This document shows, in pieces, positions 27,523 through 36,711 of a stretch of 64,000 nt of DNA. The position numbers and the translations under genes are program-made. This DNA comes from Desulfobacterales bacterium (GTDB lineage: Bacteria; Desulfobacterota; Desulfobacteria; Desulfobacterales; UBA2174): assembly GCA_963668645.2 (NCBI GenBank), contig CAXXWC010000021.1:768001-832000 (forward strand). Direction: 5' to 3'. Within the stretch, counting starts at the first letter, position 1, and each line of letters opens with the position of its first letter. The notes under the pieces were generated by a model. It ran no database searches. It was not told the origin of the DNA and saw only the letters and a program-made list of their open reading frames with translations.

Positions 27523-28455
27523 CTACGGCCGGCCTTGTTGCCGCCGAACGATGTTCCCTGTTTCCATGTTTCTTAAATATTCAATACCGTTGACAGTGGC
27601 AATGAGTTGGTAAACTTCCTTTTCTTCCTCTTTCGCCGGCGAAGCTTTTTCCCTTGCAATCTGCGGAACGGGCGGGTTGTCCTTGGCCATTGACACTCTT
27701 TTTTCATTCTTGATTTGTTCCGTTCTGGCCTGGGCCGCTTCGATCGGGTTTCCTCCGTTTAGGAAACCGGATTTGCTTGCAAAGTAAAGGCTGATGGCGA
27801 TCATAAGTGGAATCGCAATAAAAATCGGCTTCTTGAAAACGTTCATAGTCTCTAAAAGCCCCTCTTCCTTAATGTCTTTATTGATGTAGGACTTGTAACA
27901 CTGATAAACAGCCGGATCGTAGTTATGGAAACGGGTCATGATGGGAGTGCTCAGGGTGTCGTCTTCCAGATAGGCCCGCATCATGAACTTTTTCTCTCCC
28001 ATCCTTCCGAACATATTCAGCTTCTTAAACATGTACGTGAAGGTGGCCAGCTCCCGGACGGTCTTTTCACACTTGCTTATATTCTGGGTGATCAAGAGTA
28101 GATCGTAGCCGGCCTTTCGATGCTCGGATGCCCAGATGCCGAAATTTTTGTTTTCCGACGTGTTCCAGTCCCGGGCATGATACCATTTATGAATCTCATC
28201 TATATTGATCACCGATCCGGGTTCCACATCTTCCCAAAAGCTACGGACTTTGCGCGGGGGGATATAGACTAATTGTTCATGCAGCACGTCCAATGGAACT
28301 TGCGTATATTGGGAAATCCATTCACGGCATTGAGGATCATCAAATCCGTCCATGTTCGTGTAGATCCTCCGGCCTGTACGTAAAAGTTCCATCATCTTCT
28401 TGACGGCATAATAGGATTTCCCGCAGCCGGTTCCGCCTATGTAGAAAATGATCAT
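27523..28455 (-). CDS. Zot/pI-like assembly ATPase
   Basis: MIIFYIGGTGCGKS, IYTN, IDEIH, HRKAGYDLLLITQ, single TM; ATGA overlap with upstream gene. Confidence 0.92.
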   Translation of the reverse strand: MIIFYIGGTGCGKSYYAVKKMMELLRTGRRIYTNMDGFDDPQCREWISQYTQVPLDVLHEQLVYIPPRKVRSFWEDVEPGSVINIDEIHKWYHARDWNTSENKNFGIWASEHRKAGYDLLLITQNISKCEKTVRELATFTYMFKKLNMFGRMGEKKFMMRAYLEDDTLSTPIMTRFHNYDPAVYQCYKSYINKDIKEEGLLETMNVFKKPIFIAIPLMIAISLYFASKSGFLNGGNPIEAAQARTEQIKNEKRVSMAKDNPPVPQIAREKASPAKEEEKEVYQLIATVNGIEYLRNMETGNIVRRQQGRP

Positions 28456-28811
28456 ATCCGCGTCAGGACCCCTGGAATCAAATTCAAAGTTACTCGAATC
28501 ATGATGGCCGCCGCAATCATGGAAAGACATTGGGGCAATCCTATTTGATGCATCATCCAGATTACCTCAGGGGGAAGGTTTGCCCATTGCGCAAAATCGA
28601 TTGCCGTGCTTCCAACAAAGGAGATTCCATTGACGATGCTTTCTACGAGCAAGAGAAAGATAGAGTAAATCGTGTAAAGCATTTTTCCCAGAAGATATAT
28701 GACCTGAGCTATGAACCAGTCAGCAAGATCCTTTACCTGATTGAAGAACTGATCCAGGAATGAATGGATCTTATCGAGCATCTGGCTAAAATCGAAGTTT
28801 ATCCAATCCAT
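28452..28811 (-). CDS. pVI-like (DUF2523-type) membrane protein
   Basis: Position between pIII-like and Zot; LPPEVIWMMHQIGLPQCLSMIAAAIMIRVTLNLIP. Confidence 0.8.
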   Translation of the reverse strand: MDWINFDFSQMLDKIHSFLDQFFNQVKDLADWFIAQVIYLLGKMLYTIYSIFLLLVESIVNGISFVGSTAIDFAQWANLPPEVIWMMHQIGLPQCLSMIAAAIMIRVTLNLIPGVLTRI

Positions 28812-28814
28812 GAA

Positions 28815-30425
28815 TCAACCCTTTTTCAGTAATATGATCCGAATGCAGAAAAATCCGCACACCACCATCAAAATGGTTTTCATGATTTGAAAGCTATCGG
28901 CATAGGCTGTCATGTCAATGGTTGCTTTTTGCTGGCTTTCGTTGCCCCATTTCCCGATATTTACTTCTATTATTGAATCCGAACTCGATGGAAGATTTTT
29001 AAAATATTCAAGCTGAGCGCTTAAGAAAGATGAACCTTTAAGATTTTCAATGAATTCTTCGAATCGTTCACTATAAGACGTTCCAAGTTCGTCCAGCTTG
29101 GTTTGGATTTCTAAATCCTCCGATTGACTGTAATCAGTTCCTTCATATTCTCCGGTTGATCCGTGTTCGAATGATCCATCCGGTTTTTCCAACTCATCCT
29201 TGATATCTTCAAGAAGCTTGGATTGATTATCTAATTTCGTATTTCTTGTTTGATCCAAGGTAAGCGACAAGTCCGCTTTTTTATTTGACGTTTGCAGCTC
29301 ATTTTTGATCACCCCTTGATTGTCTGCTACTGCCGCTGTATTATTCGTGATGTTCTGTATCTCTTGATTTAGAACACCTTGGTTGTTTGCAATTGCTTGT
29401 GTATTGTTTGCAATGGTTCTTTGCTCGGTCAACTGCAATTGCTGGTTGTTCGTAATTCCTACCTGGTTTTCTATCGCTTTGCGCTGCGCCTGCAAAAGCA
29501 GATCCTGATTGCTGGTGCCGGACGCTGTGTTTTCTGCAATCTTCTCCAGTAACTGGCCATCCGTATCGCCTTCTACCGGCTGCTGCCCTATCGTCGGGTA
29601 TCCGCCGTTGTCTGGCTGACCGCCACTCGGTGATCCCGAACCCGAGCCCGAGCCCCCAGTCGTCGACCCTCCGGTTGACCCTGTACCTCCGGTTGTTGAT
29701 CCTCCGGATGAACCACCCCAGGAAAAGCCTTTTGTTACACCTTGATTTGCACTGCCAGACGAGGACCAACTTTGATAACTTGCTGCCGATTGCCAGTCTT
29801 GACCTATCATTATATGTACTTGATAATCTTCTGGCCAATTGTTGGAACCTACCGTGAATTTATCTCCTTTATCTGTTTCGAGGCCATAGGCGATAACCTC
29901 CCCTTCACCATCTTTAATTTTTACAAATGGCCGCCATTGATATTCATCAGGGTCATCGGGGTAAAAATCGTAATCATCCGGTATTCCATCTTGATCTAAG
30001 TCCGGCACGACTTGCGGCTCGTAAATATCGTTAATTCCATCTCCATCCTCATCTATACAGTCTTCACCTTCTGTACAGCTCATCCACGCAGGCGGCGCTG
30101 AATATTCCCCGCCCATATTCTCAAGACACACGCAAGATTCTCCATCACAATGGAGAAAGTCTGTCCCCTCACATCTCGGGTTGTGCGGTGTTTCAGTACT
30201 CGGTGGCGTAGTTGTTCTAATCACATAGCAATACCCATATGCGGTGCAGTAATCATAACAAATTGTTTCATCATGCGTCGCGCAGTTATTACTTACACAA
30301 CTACCGTCCTCATATTCCCAGCGTACATATCTCCACCCGCAGGTTGCTTCCGTTGACGGCACTTTTATCATGCAGATAACCGAAACGACCCATAACCACC
30401 ACATCATGGCGACTACTTTTTTCAT
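28815..30425 (-). CDS. pIII-like adsorption/minor coat protein
   Basis: Signal peptide (MKKVV..), Cys-rich N-domain, DxDxDG repeats, Gly/Ser/Thr linker, N/Q-rich heptads, C-terminal TM ending KKG. Confidence 0.8.
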   Translation of the reverse strand: MKKVVAMMWWLWVVSVICMIKVPSTEATCGWRYVRWEYEDGSCVSNNCATHDETICYDYCTAYGYCYVIRTTTPPSTETPHNPRCEGTDFLHCDGESCVCLENMGGEYSAPPAWMSCTEGEDCIDEDGDGINDIYEPQVVPDLDQDGIPDDYDFYPDDPDEYQWRPFVKIKDGEGEVIAYGLETDKGDKFTVGSNNWPEDYQVHIMIGQDWQSAASYQSWSSSGSANQGVTKGFSWGGSSGGSTTGGTGSTGGSTTGGSGSGSGSPSGGQPDNGGYPTIGQQPVEGDTDGQLLEKIAENTASGTSNQDLLLQAQRKAIENQVGITNNQQLQLTEQRTIANNTQAIANNQGVLNQEIQNITNNTAAVADNQGVIKNELQTSNKKADLSLTLDQTRNTKLDNQSKLLEDIKDELEKPDGSFEHGSTGEYEGTDYSQSEDLEIQTKLDELGTSYSERFEEFIENLKGSSFLSAQLEYFKNLPSSSDSIIEVNIGKWGNESQQKATIDMTAYADSFQIMKTILMVVCGFFCIRIILLKKG

Positions 30426-30489
30426 CCCGAAGACCTTCCCGAAGAAGAAAGACCGAATCGCCGGGGAGATGCGATCCGGTCCGGATTCG

Positions 30490-30762
30490 TCAATCTCGCG
30501 ACGTTGCCTCCCGAAGCTCGTAGCCTGAACTCTTCTCGGTCTGCCAGGGCTTGATGTAAAAGGGGATCTCCACTTCATCGCCAACTTGCCGGCCGTTTTC
30601 GGTCGATCTGATTGCTACTGGACTTCGTTTCCCTTCGCCCACCACGAAATAGGTATACACGGTGAACGGATCGAATTTTTTCCCGCCTTGCCTGGGGCGG
30701 ATCTGCCGCTTGGTGATACCCACAATAGTGCCTTGTAAGACCATAGGTGATAGTTCGCTCAT
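30490..30762 (-). CDS. Putative single-stranded DNA-binding protein (pV-like)
   Basis: 90 aa, beta-rich, basic/aromatic OB-fold-like pattern; prophage context. Confidence 0.55.
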   Translation of the reverse strand: MSELSPMVLQGTIVGITKRQIRPRQGGKKFDPFTVYTYFVVGEGKRSPVAIRSTENGRQVGDEVEIPFYIKPWQTEKSSGYELREATSRD

Positions 30763-30789
30763 GATTTCCCTCCTTTGGTTGTGGTTCGG

Positions 30790-31074
30790 CTACGATAAAA
30801 GCCTTATGGCGAATTTCAGGGAGCTGGTCCGGCCGGATTCGAAACCCCTGTAATGGTCATCACGATATAGACAGGCCTTTGCCTTTCCCTCTTCGGCTTC
30901 GGCTAACTCCCTTTTCAGAACCTTTATGACCGTTTCCCGACTCAGCTTGATTACACTCCCGGCTTTCGCGGCAGCTTCAATGCTCTTTTTATTCTGTTTC
31001 AGGATTTCTTCTATTTCCTTACCCAGCTTGATTTCGTTCCCGGTGTTGGCGTTTGTGGTAGCTTCCATGGTCAT
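30790..31074 (-). CDS. Hypothetical phage protein
   Basis: MTMEATT.. after GGGGA RBS; helical. Confidence 0.55.
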   Translation of the reverse strand: MTMEATTNANTGNEIKLGKEIEEILKQNKKSIEAAAKAGSVIKLSRETVIKVLKRELAEAEEGKAKACLYRDDHYRGFESGRTSSLKFAIRLLS

Positions 31075-31271
31075 TTCCCCCTTTTCATCTGGGTTTCCGG
31101 GAAGGGGTTCCCGTTCCCGGATTCTTTCGAAGTGGCCCCCACCAGACGCAGGGAGCCGCACAGGACATCATTCATGGTTATTTTCGGGGACTGACGTCCT
31201 GGAGAGGGGGAAGGGATTTCTTTGAATAGCGACAACTGCACGTGTTCAGGCTGGCTTGCGTCCATGGTCAT
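31071..31271 (-). CDS. Small hypothetical phage protein
   Basis: MTMDASQ..QLSLF; ATGA overlap with next gene. Confidence 0.4.
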   Translation of the reverse strand: MTMDASQPEHVQLSLFKEIPSPSPGRQSPKITMNDVLCGSLRLVGATSKESGNGNPFPETQMKRGK

Positions 31272-31408
31272 TTCCCCTAACATGAGATCGGCCACTCTCT
31301 TTTGGTTGCTATTTCAGGCGCTTTCGGATAGGAACAATTTGGATTTTTGGCCTCGTCTATCGTTATTTTTACAATCGTCATGTTTTTCCGCTCTATAAAT
31401 TACAATTA

Positions 31409-31855
31409 TTGTTTATGTCAACAAAAAAATTACATATAGCAAGTTTTACTGAGCGGCTTAATGTCTTGATATCCGAAATCAGTGGGGGCAATGTCACTGA
31501 ATTTGCAAAAAAATCAGGCATTAATCAGGCAACAATGCACAATTATGCAAAGGGGCGAATCCCCAGCGCTGAAGCCCTGAACAACATATGTAATAGGCTT
31601 GGGGTGAATATTAATTGGCTCTTTACAGGAAGAGGGCCGCTATATATCGCGGAACTCGGAAATCATGAAGATAACGAGCTGATTAATCGAATCACAAAGG
31701 ATCTCCGTGAGCTTCACGAGCTAAGCCCGAAATCTATCCATGAGATCAGCGTATATGTGGCGGGGATTCTTAAAGGCTTCAAGCTTGCCAGGTCAGAGCC
31801 TGAATCAAATATTAGGAACGGTCCTATAAAAAACGGAACCTATGATGCGGAATGA
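31409..31855 (+). CDS. XRE/cI-like HTH repressor
   Basis: FTERL..EFAKKSGINQATMHNYAKGRIPS..LGVNINWLFTGRG; divergent from all phage genes. Confidence 0.9.
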   Translation: MFMSTKKLHIASFTERLNVLISEISGGNVTEFAKKSGINQATMHNYAKGRIPSAEALNNICNRLGVNINWLFTGRGPLYIAELGNHEDNELINRITKDLRELHELSPKSIHEISVYVAGILKGFKLARSEPESNIRNGPIKNGTYDAE

Positions 31856-32092
31856 ATCGGCCCGATTTGGATCTGGAGGAGGCTAGTCGGGCCGTGGTAA
31901 TCGATCTTAATCAGTACCTAAGGGCTAAAGGGCGGCCGAGGGGTCTTAATGATAGCTGATAGCTACCACTCTGCACTGTGATGGCTGTAATGGATGCCTT
32001 TTCTCCTGAGTCGTAAGTACACACGGTTTCCCACAGGTTTCCCCTGCGATTTTCTTTCCTACTGTTTTTACTATGTTTTTTATATGGGTCCT

Positions 32093-32119
32093 CGGGTTCA
32101 ACTCCCGCCGCCTCCACCA
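32093..32119 (+). repeat. att core (right), duplicate of ssrA 3' end
   Basis: Identical to 18202-18228. Confidence 0.95.
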
Positions 32120-32122
32120 GTT

Positions 32123-34597
32123 TTAGGGCAACTGAAAGGCCTTGTGCGCGTGTGTGACCATTTTAGCCTTATCGAGAACTTTTCTGACAGTTTTTGCCAT
32201 ATCCGCCTTTACAACAGGTTTAGATAAAAAGCCCTTGATCCATAACTGTTTTTCCAGATTTTCGGATATTTTCTTGCTGTAACCGGTGCAAAGTATAACC
32301 GGTATATCAGGCCGGATCTTTATCAATTCAATGGCCAAAATATCACCTGTCATTTTCGGCATTGTCATATCGCTAATAACCAAGTCAAAAGCTCCGGGAT
32401 CCAATTGAAACATTTCCAGAGCCTCGATGCCGCCACCACTTATGGTCACCGAATACCCCAACTTTTCAAGTAGCTTGCAATTTATTTTCGCTACAGAAGG
32501 TTCATCATCGACAACTAAAATACGTTCACTCCCTCTTGGCAACACCTCAAGATTGCATGAATTTTCTCCCTCAGTCATTCGGCAAATCGGCAGATAAATG
32601 TTGAAGGCGGTCCCTTTTCCGGTTGTACTGTCCACAAAAATCCGCCCTCCATAGCTATGAACTATTCCGTGGACCAGTGCCAAGCCCATTCCAGTCCCCT
32701 CTCCAGGCTTCTTGGTTGTGAAATAAGGCTCAAAAATAGAGCCGATAATTTCTGGTGAAATGCCGGTACCGGTATCCTTAACCATTATCCTGATATAGTC
32801 TCCAGGAGTTATATCCACAAAATCCATATGGGCGCCGGGGGCTATAAAAGCATCTTCTAAATTGATTGCAAGGCAACCACCTTTTTCTTCCATAGACTGA
32901 GCAGCATTTGTGCAAAGATTCAGCATTACCTGATGAATTTGGGTAGCACTTCCCATAATATACGAATTGCTATTTAGATCCTGCTTAATATCAATCGTAG
33001 CAGGAATTGATGAACGTATAAGTTTCAAAACTTCTTTGATAATCAATTGCGGTTGAATAGGCCTTATTTCCTCATCTGAAATTCGCGCGAATGCCAATAT
33101 TCGCTGGACAAGTTCCTTGGCCCGGTTGGATGCTGTATAAATTTCTTTAAGATTGTTATCAACTTCAGATCCTTTCTCTACCACATCAAAAGACAGCTCT
33201 GTATAACCGATTATAGCGGATAATATATTATTGAAATCATGCGCAATACCACCTGCCAGGGTGCCGATCGATTCCATTTTTTGCGACTGCAAAAGGCGTT
33301 TTTCCATTACCTTCCTATCGCTTATATCTAGCATGGCACCGATAATTCCACCTACGCCCCCCTCTGCATCAAAGTATGATGCCTTGTTAATGAGTACGTC
33401 ACGCCTGCTTCCATCCACTTTTCGAATTTTTGATTCATATTGCTGTATTCCAGGGATTTTCAACAAATTTGAATCAAATTTTGTGTACCATTCACCCATT
33501 TCTTCTGAAAAAATATCGTTCGCCCATTTTCCGGTGATTTCCTCTTTCGTTCTGCTCAAAAATTCAGCAAAAGCATCATTACATCCTATTAGAACACCTC
33601 GCGTGTCTTTGTAAAATACAGATATAGGAATTGCATCCATTAGTAACTGCAAGAAAAGATGCTGTTGCTGAATATGCTCTTCTGCATCCCTATGCTGCCG
33701 CTTTGTTTCTATAGCATGGAATGAGAATGATAAATCATCTGATATTTCGTGTAAAAGCCTCTTTTCTTCCGTATCTATTTCAAGCGAGTTTGAAAAAAAT
33801 ACTAAAAAAACACCATAAATTTTATCAACGCTTTTAAGCAAACTTACCCCGACAAAATTTTTACTACAGTTTGTTTGGAACGGACAACTATCATTTCCGC
33901 ATCGATTTAGAATAACGATACGCTCATTCGATCCAAGAGCCTTGCCAACACAGGCCGGCCATATCCCTTGTATTATATTATTTTCCAGAAATTGATAACC
34001 ATCGTAGAATCCTGCATGTGTAAAGAATGAGGCCGGTCCTATGCAACCTCCTAAGGCCGCCCAGACCCCTCTGTAACCGCGCGTATCAACCAGTACTTTG
34101 CAGGCTTTTAAAATCAGCTGGCAGGGATCACTTTCCCGCACGATGAGTTGATTGATGTCTCGGATAGCACGCAAGACGCTGTTGTAATGATCTACTCTTT
34201 CTTTAAGTAGATGTCGTTCAATGGCGTGCAAAAAAGATCGGACCAGCAAGTTTGCAGTCACCTGTCCTTTAACAAGGTAGTCTTCAGCCCCTTTTCTGAT
34301 CGCTTCGATACCTGCTATTTCATCGTCTAAACCGGTAAGTACAATTATCGGTATGTTTTGCACATGCGACTTAAACTGGATCAAGGTATCTAATCCTGTA
34401 CTGTCGGGAAGACCAAGATCAAGCAGGACAATATTGAAATCATCCTTGTTTATAGTCAACAGCGCATCGGCCAAACAGACAGTTGTTTCAATTTTAAAGG
34501 ACCTGTTTGATTGTTCGAGCTGCTCGATAATAAGATCCCTGTCTCCAGGGTTATCTTCTACAAGAAGGATATTAAACGCCATGCAATATTGGGTCAT
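32123..34597 (-). CDS. Hybrid sensor kinase (REC-GAF-PAS-HisKA-HATPase-REC)
   Basis: LLVEDNPGD..LLDLGLPD, AHDFNNIL, GTGMGL, C-terminal receiver. Confidence 0.92.
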   Translation of the reverse strand: MTQYCMAFNILLVEDNPGDRDLIIEQLEQSNRSFKIETTVCLADALLTINKDDFNIVLLDLGLPDSTGLDTLIQFKSHVQNIPIIVLTGLDDEIAGIEAIRKGAEDYLVKGQVTANLLVRSFLHAIERHLLKERVDHYNSVLRAIRDINQLIVRESDPCQLILKACKVLVDTRGYRGVWAALGGCIGPASFFTHAGFYDGYQFLENNIIQGIWPACVGKALGSNERIVILNRCGNDSCPFQTNCSKNFVGVSLLKSVDKIYGVFLVFFSNSLEIDTEEKRLLHEISDDLSFSFHAIETKRQHRDAEEHIQQQHLFLQLLMDAIPISVFYKDTRGVLIGCNDAFAEFLSRTKEEITGKWANDIFSEEMGEWYTKFDSNLLKIPGIQQYESKIRKVDGSRRDVLINKASYFDAEGGVGGIIGAMLDISDRKVMEKRLLQSQKMESIGTLAGGIAHDFNNILSAIIGYTELSFDVVEKGSEVDNNLKEIYTASNRAKELVQRILAFARISDEEIRPIQPQLIIKEVLKLIRSSIPATIDIKQDLNSNSYIMGSATQIHQVMLNLCTNAAQSMEEKGGCLAINLEDAFIAPGAHMDFVDITPGDYIRIMVKDTGTGISPEIIGSIFEPYFTTKKPGEGTGMGLALVHGIVHSYGGRIFVDSTTGKGTAFNIYLPICRMTEGENSCNLEVLPRGSERILVVDDEPSVAKINCKLLEKLGYSVTISGGGIEALEMFQLDPGAFDLVISDMTMPKMTGDILAIELIKIRPDIPVILCTGYSKKISENLEKQLWIKGFLSKPVVKADMAKTVRKVLDKAKMVTHAHKAFQLP

Positions 34598-34601
34598 AAT
34601 C

Positions 34602-35036
34602 TCAGCCCTCCGGAGGAAAGCGCACAACCGAGAACCAAAATCCTTCGATCGCTTTTACGATCTTTCCGAAACCGGCCAAGTCAACGGGTTTAGTAACGTA
34701 TGCACTTGCCTGTAATTCATATGTTTTAAGGATATCCTCCTCTGCCTGTGATGAAGTCAATACAACTACAGGAATCCTTTTTAATTCCGGCAATGATTTC
34801 ATTTCAGATAGTACTTCCCGCCCATCTTTACGGGGTAAATTGAGGTCAAGCAAAACGAGATCAGGCCTCAATTCGTCTTTATAGGGGCCATTTTTCAAGA
34901 GAAACTCCATCGCCTCTACGCCGTCTTTAACGACACTTATTTCGTGCAAAATTTTACTTTCCTCAAGCTTTTCACAGGTCAAATCAGCATCTCCAGGATT
35001 GTCTTCGACAAGCAAAATTTTTATTGTGCCACTCAT
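34602..35036 (-). CDS. Single-domain response regulator (Rcp1-like)
   Basis: ILLVEDNPGD, PDLVLLDLNLP, IPVVVLTSS, FW near C-terminus. Confidence 0.93.
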   Translation of the reverse strand: MSGTIKILLVEDNPGDADLTCEKLEESKILHEISVVKDGVEAMEFLLKNGPYKDELRPDLVLLDLNLPRKDGREVLSEMKSLPELKRIPVVVLTSSQAEEDILKTYELQASAYVTKPVDLAGFGKIVKAIEGFWFSVVRFPPEG

Positions 35037-35052
35037 ATTTATCTCCTTGGAG

Positions 35053-36711
35053 CTAGTTCAAAGTTGGCAAAGCAAAATTAAACTGGGACCCTTTGTCCTG
35101 TTCGGATTTAACCCAAATTCTACCACCATGACGTTCTACGATCTTCTTGGCTATAGAAAGCCCGATACCGGTGCCCTGATAAACACCACGCTGATGAAGT
35201 CTCTGAAAGATGACAAATATTCTTTCGAAAAATTGCGGATCGATGCCGATCCCATTATCTTCTATTGAAAAAACCCATTCCTTGCCTTCTTTTACTGCCG
35301 AAATATTTACAACGGGCGTCTCCACTCCGTGAAACTTTATGGCATTACTGATCAGGTTCTGAAATAGCTGATAAAGTTGTGTAGCATCCCCCAATACTGT
35401 CGGCATCGGATCCACATTTATTTGTGCTTTCTTTTCATTAATGGAACCTTTGAGGCCGCTCAAAACGCTTTTGATCAGGTCATTACAATCCGTCGGCCCG
35501 AAGGGCTTACCTCGGGTGTTAACCCGTGACAAAACAAGAAGATCATTTATAAGCCCCTGCATTCGCTTTGCACCTTCGACAGCATAGCCTATGTATTTAT
35601 CTGCTTTCTGATCTAGCTTTCCCTTGTACTTTTGCTCGAGAATCTCAGTATAACTGGCGACCATGCGTAATGGTTCTTGAAGGTCGTGAGAGGCCACATA
35701 GGCGAACTGCTCAAGCTCCATATTGGAACGTTCCAGTTCATCATTTTTTTCTTTAAGTTTATTTTCCAAGAATTTCATCTTCGTAATATCCGTTGCAATC
35801 TCGAAGCGAACCATCCGCCCATCGACCCACTGGATGGCCTTATCTGTGCAACGAAACCATTGGTTCTTAGAGGCTGTGTGGAATTCCCAAATATGAGAAC
35901 GACCTATAAATTCACCCAAAATGAGTTTGTTCGTACAAAACGGACAGGGATCGTCCCTGCCGTGAAGAACCCTATAGCATTTCTTCCCGACAGAATCTTC
36001 TCCCCATTTATCTTTGAATGTTTTGTTCACGTGCATCAGCTCATAATTTTCAGGATCTGCGACATAAATAACATCTTCAATACCGTCCAAAATCGAAAGA
36101 AGCCGTTTACGATCTGTTTCTATAATCTCTGTTGCCGCTTTAAATGATGAAATTTCTTGTGCCGCTTTTCTCAACTTCCTTTCTGATTTTAATTGTGCTT
36201 CGTGCTTTAACACCATATCGGCCAGCATTTCTGCATAATTAACTAAAAACTTTAAAACTACCGATATTTTTTCCTCTTTGATTATCGGTACTTCCGATAA
36301 CGCCAAAAGATATGCTTTTTCATCAAACCCATATTCTTTTGCCTGTTGTTTAAAAAAATCGATATTTGGTGAATCTATTAAAAATTGTCCTACAAATGCA
36401 TTTGCAATATGGTTCCCATTCACCATAATCGGTGAGGCTGCATCAACAAGTCCATTATGGCAGTGATACAAAGAGTATTTTTGCCCATCTTTCAGATTTC
36501 TTGATAGCGTCGTATCGCTTTCATTACATTTTTTTACAGCTTGACTGTTCGTTCTGTGAAAATGCGTACAAATTTTTTGCCATCGGCAGCCTATTATGAT
36601 ATTACCGTCAAGATCGACAATCGCCGTAGGAATCCCGACCGAATCGCTAAAACTTTCCAGCAATTTCCGATTGGCAGGTACGTCAATGATTTCATAGATC
36701 TTGGAATTCAT
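35053..36711 (-). CDS. PocR-PAS sensor histidine kinase
   Basis: PocR-like Cys pattern (ICTHFHR..KKCNESD..YHCHNGLVDAASPI), YVASHDLQEPLR, GTGIGL. Confidence 0.9.
   Translation of the reverse strand: MNSKIYEIIDVPANRKLLESFSDSVGIPTAIVDLDGNIIIGCRWQKICTHFHRTNSQAVKKCNESDTTLSRNLKDGQKYSLYHCHNGLVDAASPIMVNGNHIANAFVGQFLIDSPNIDFFKQQAKEYGFDEKAYLLALSEVPIIKEEKISVVLKFLVNYAEMLADMVLKHEAQLKSERKLRKAAQEISSFKAATEIIETDRKRLLSILDGIEDVIYVADPENYELMHVNKTFKDKWGEDSVGKKCYRVLHGRDDPCPFCTNKLILGEFIGRSHIWEFHTASKNQWFRCTDKAIQWVDGRMVRFEIATDITKMKFLENKLKEKNDELERSNMELEQFAYVASHDLQEPLRMVASYTEILEQKYKGKLDQKADKYIGYAVEGAKRMQGLINDLLVLSRVNTRGKPFGPTDCNDLIKSVLSGLKGSINEKKAQINVDPMPTVLGDATQLYQLFQNLISNAIKFHGVETPVVNISAVKEGKEWVFSIEDNGIGIDPQFFERIFVIFQRLHQRGVYQGTGIGLSIAKKIVERHGGRIWVKSEQDKGSQFNFALPTLN

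Larger units (their letters stand above)
18229..32119. mobile_element. Integrated filamentous phage (inovirus)-like prophage, ~13.9 kb, in the ssrA 3' end
   Basis: 27-bp flanking direct repeats; tyrosine integrase, Rep, Zot/pI ATPase, secretin, pIII/pVI-like, small TM coat-like genes, divergent repressor. Confidence 0.92.

Noticed and set aside
26206..28455. Secretin + ATPase as a type II secretion or Tad system
   Set aside because: No pilins or inner-membrane platform genes; the ATPase is Zot-like and lies inside att repeats with coat-like genes.
32060..32119. Separate tRNA gene
   Set aside because: Only a T-arm and acceptor 3' strand identical to the ssrA end; it is the att duplicate.
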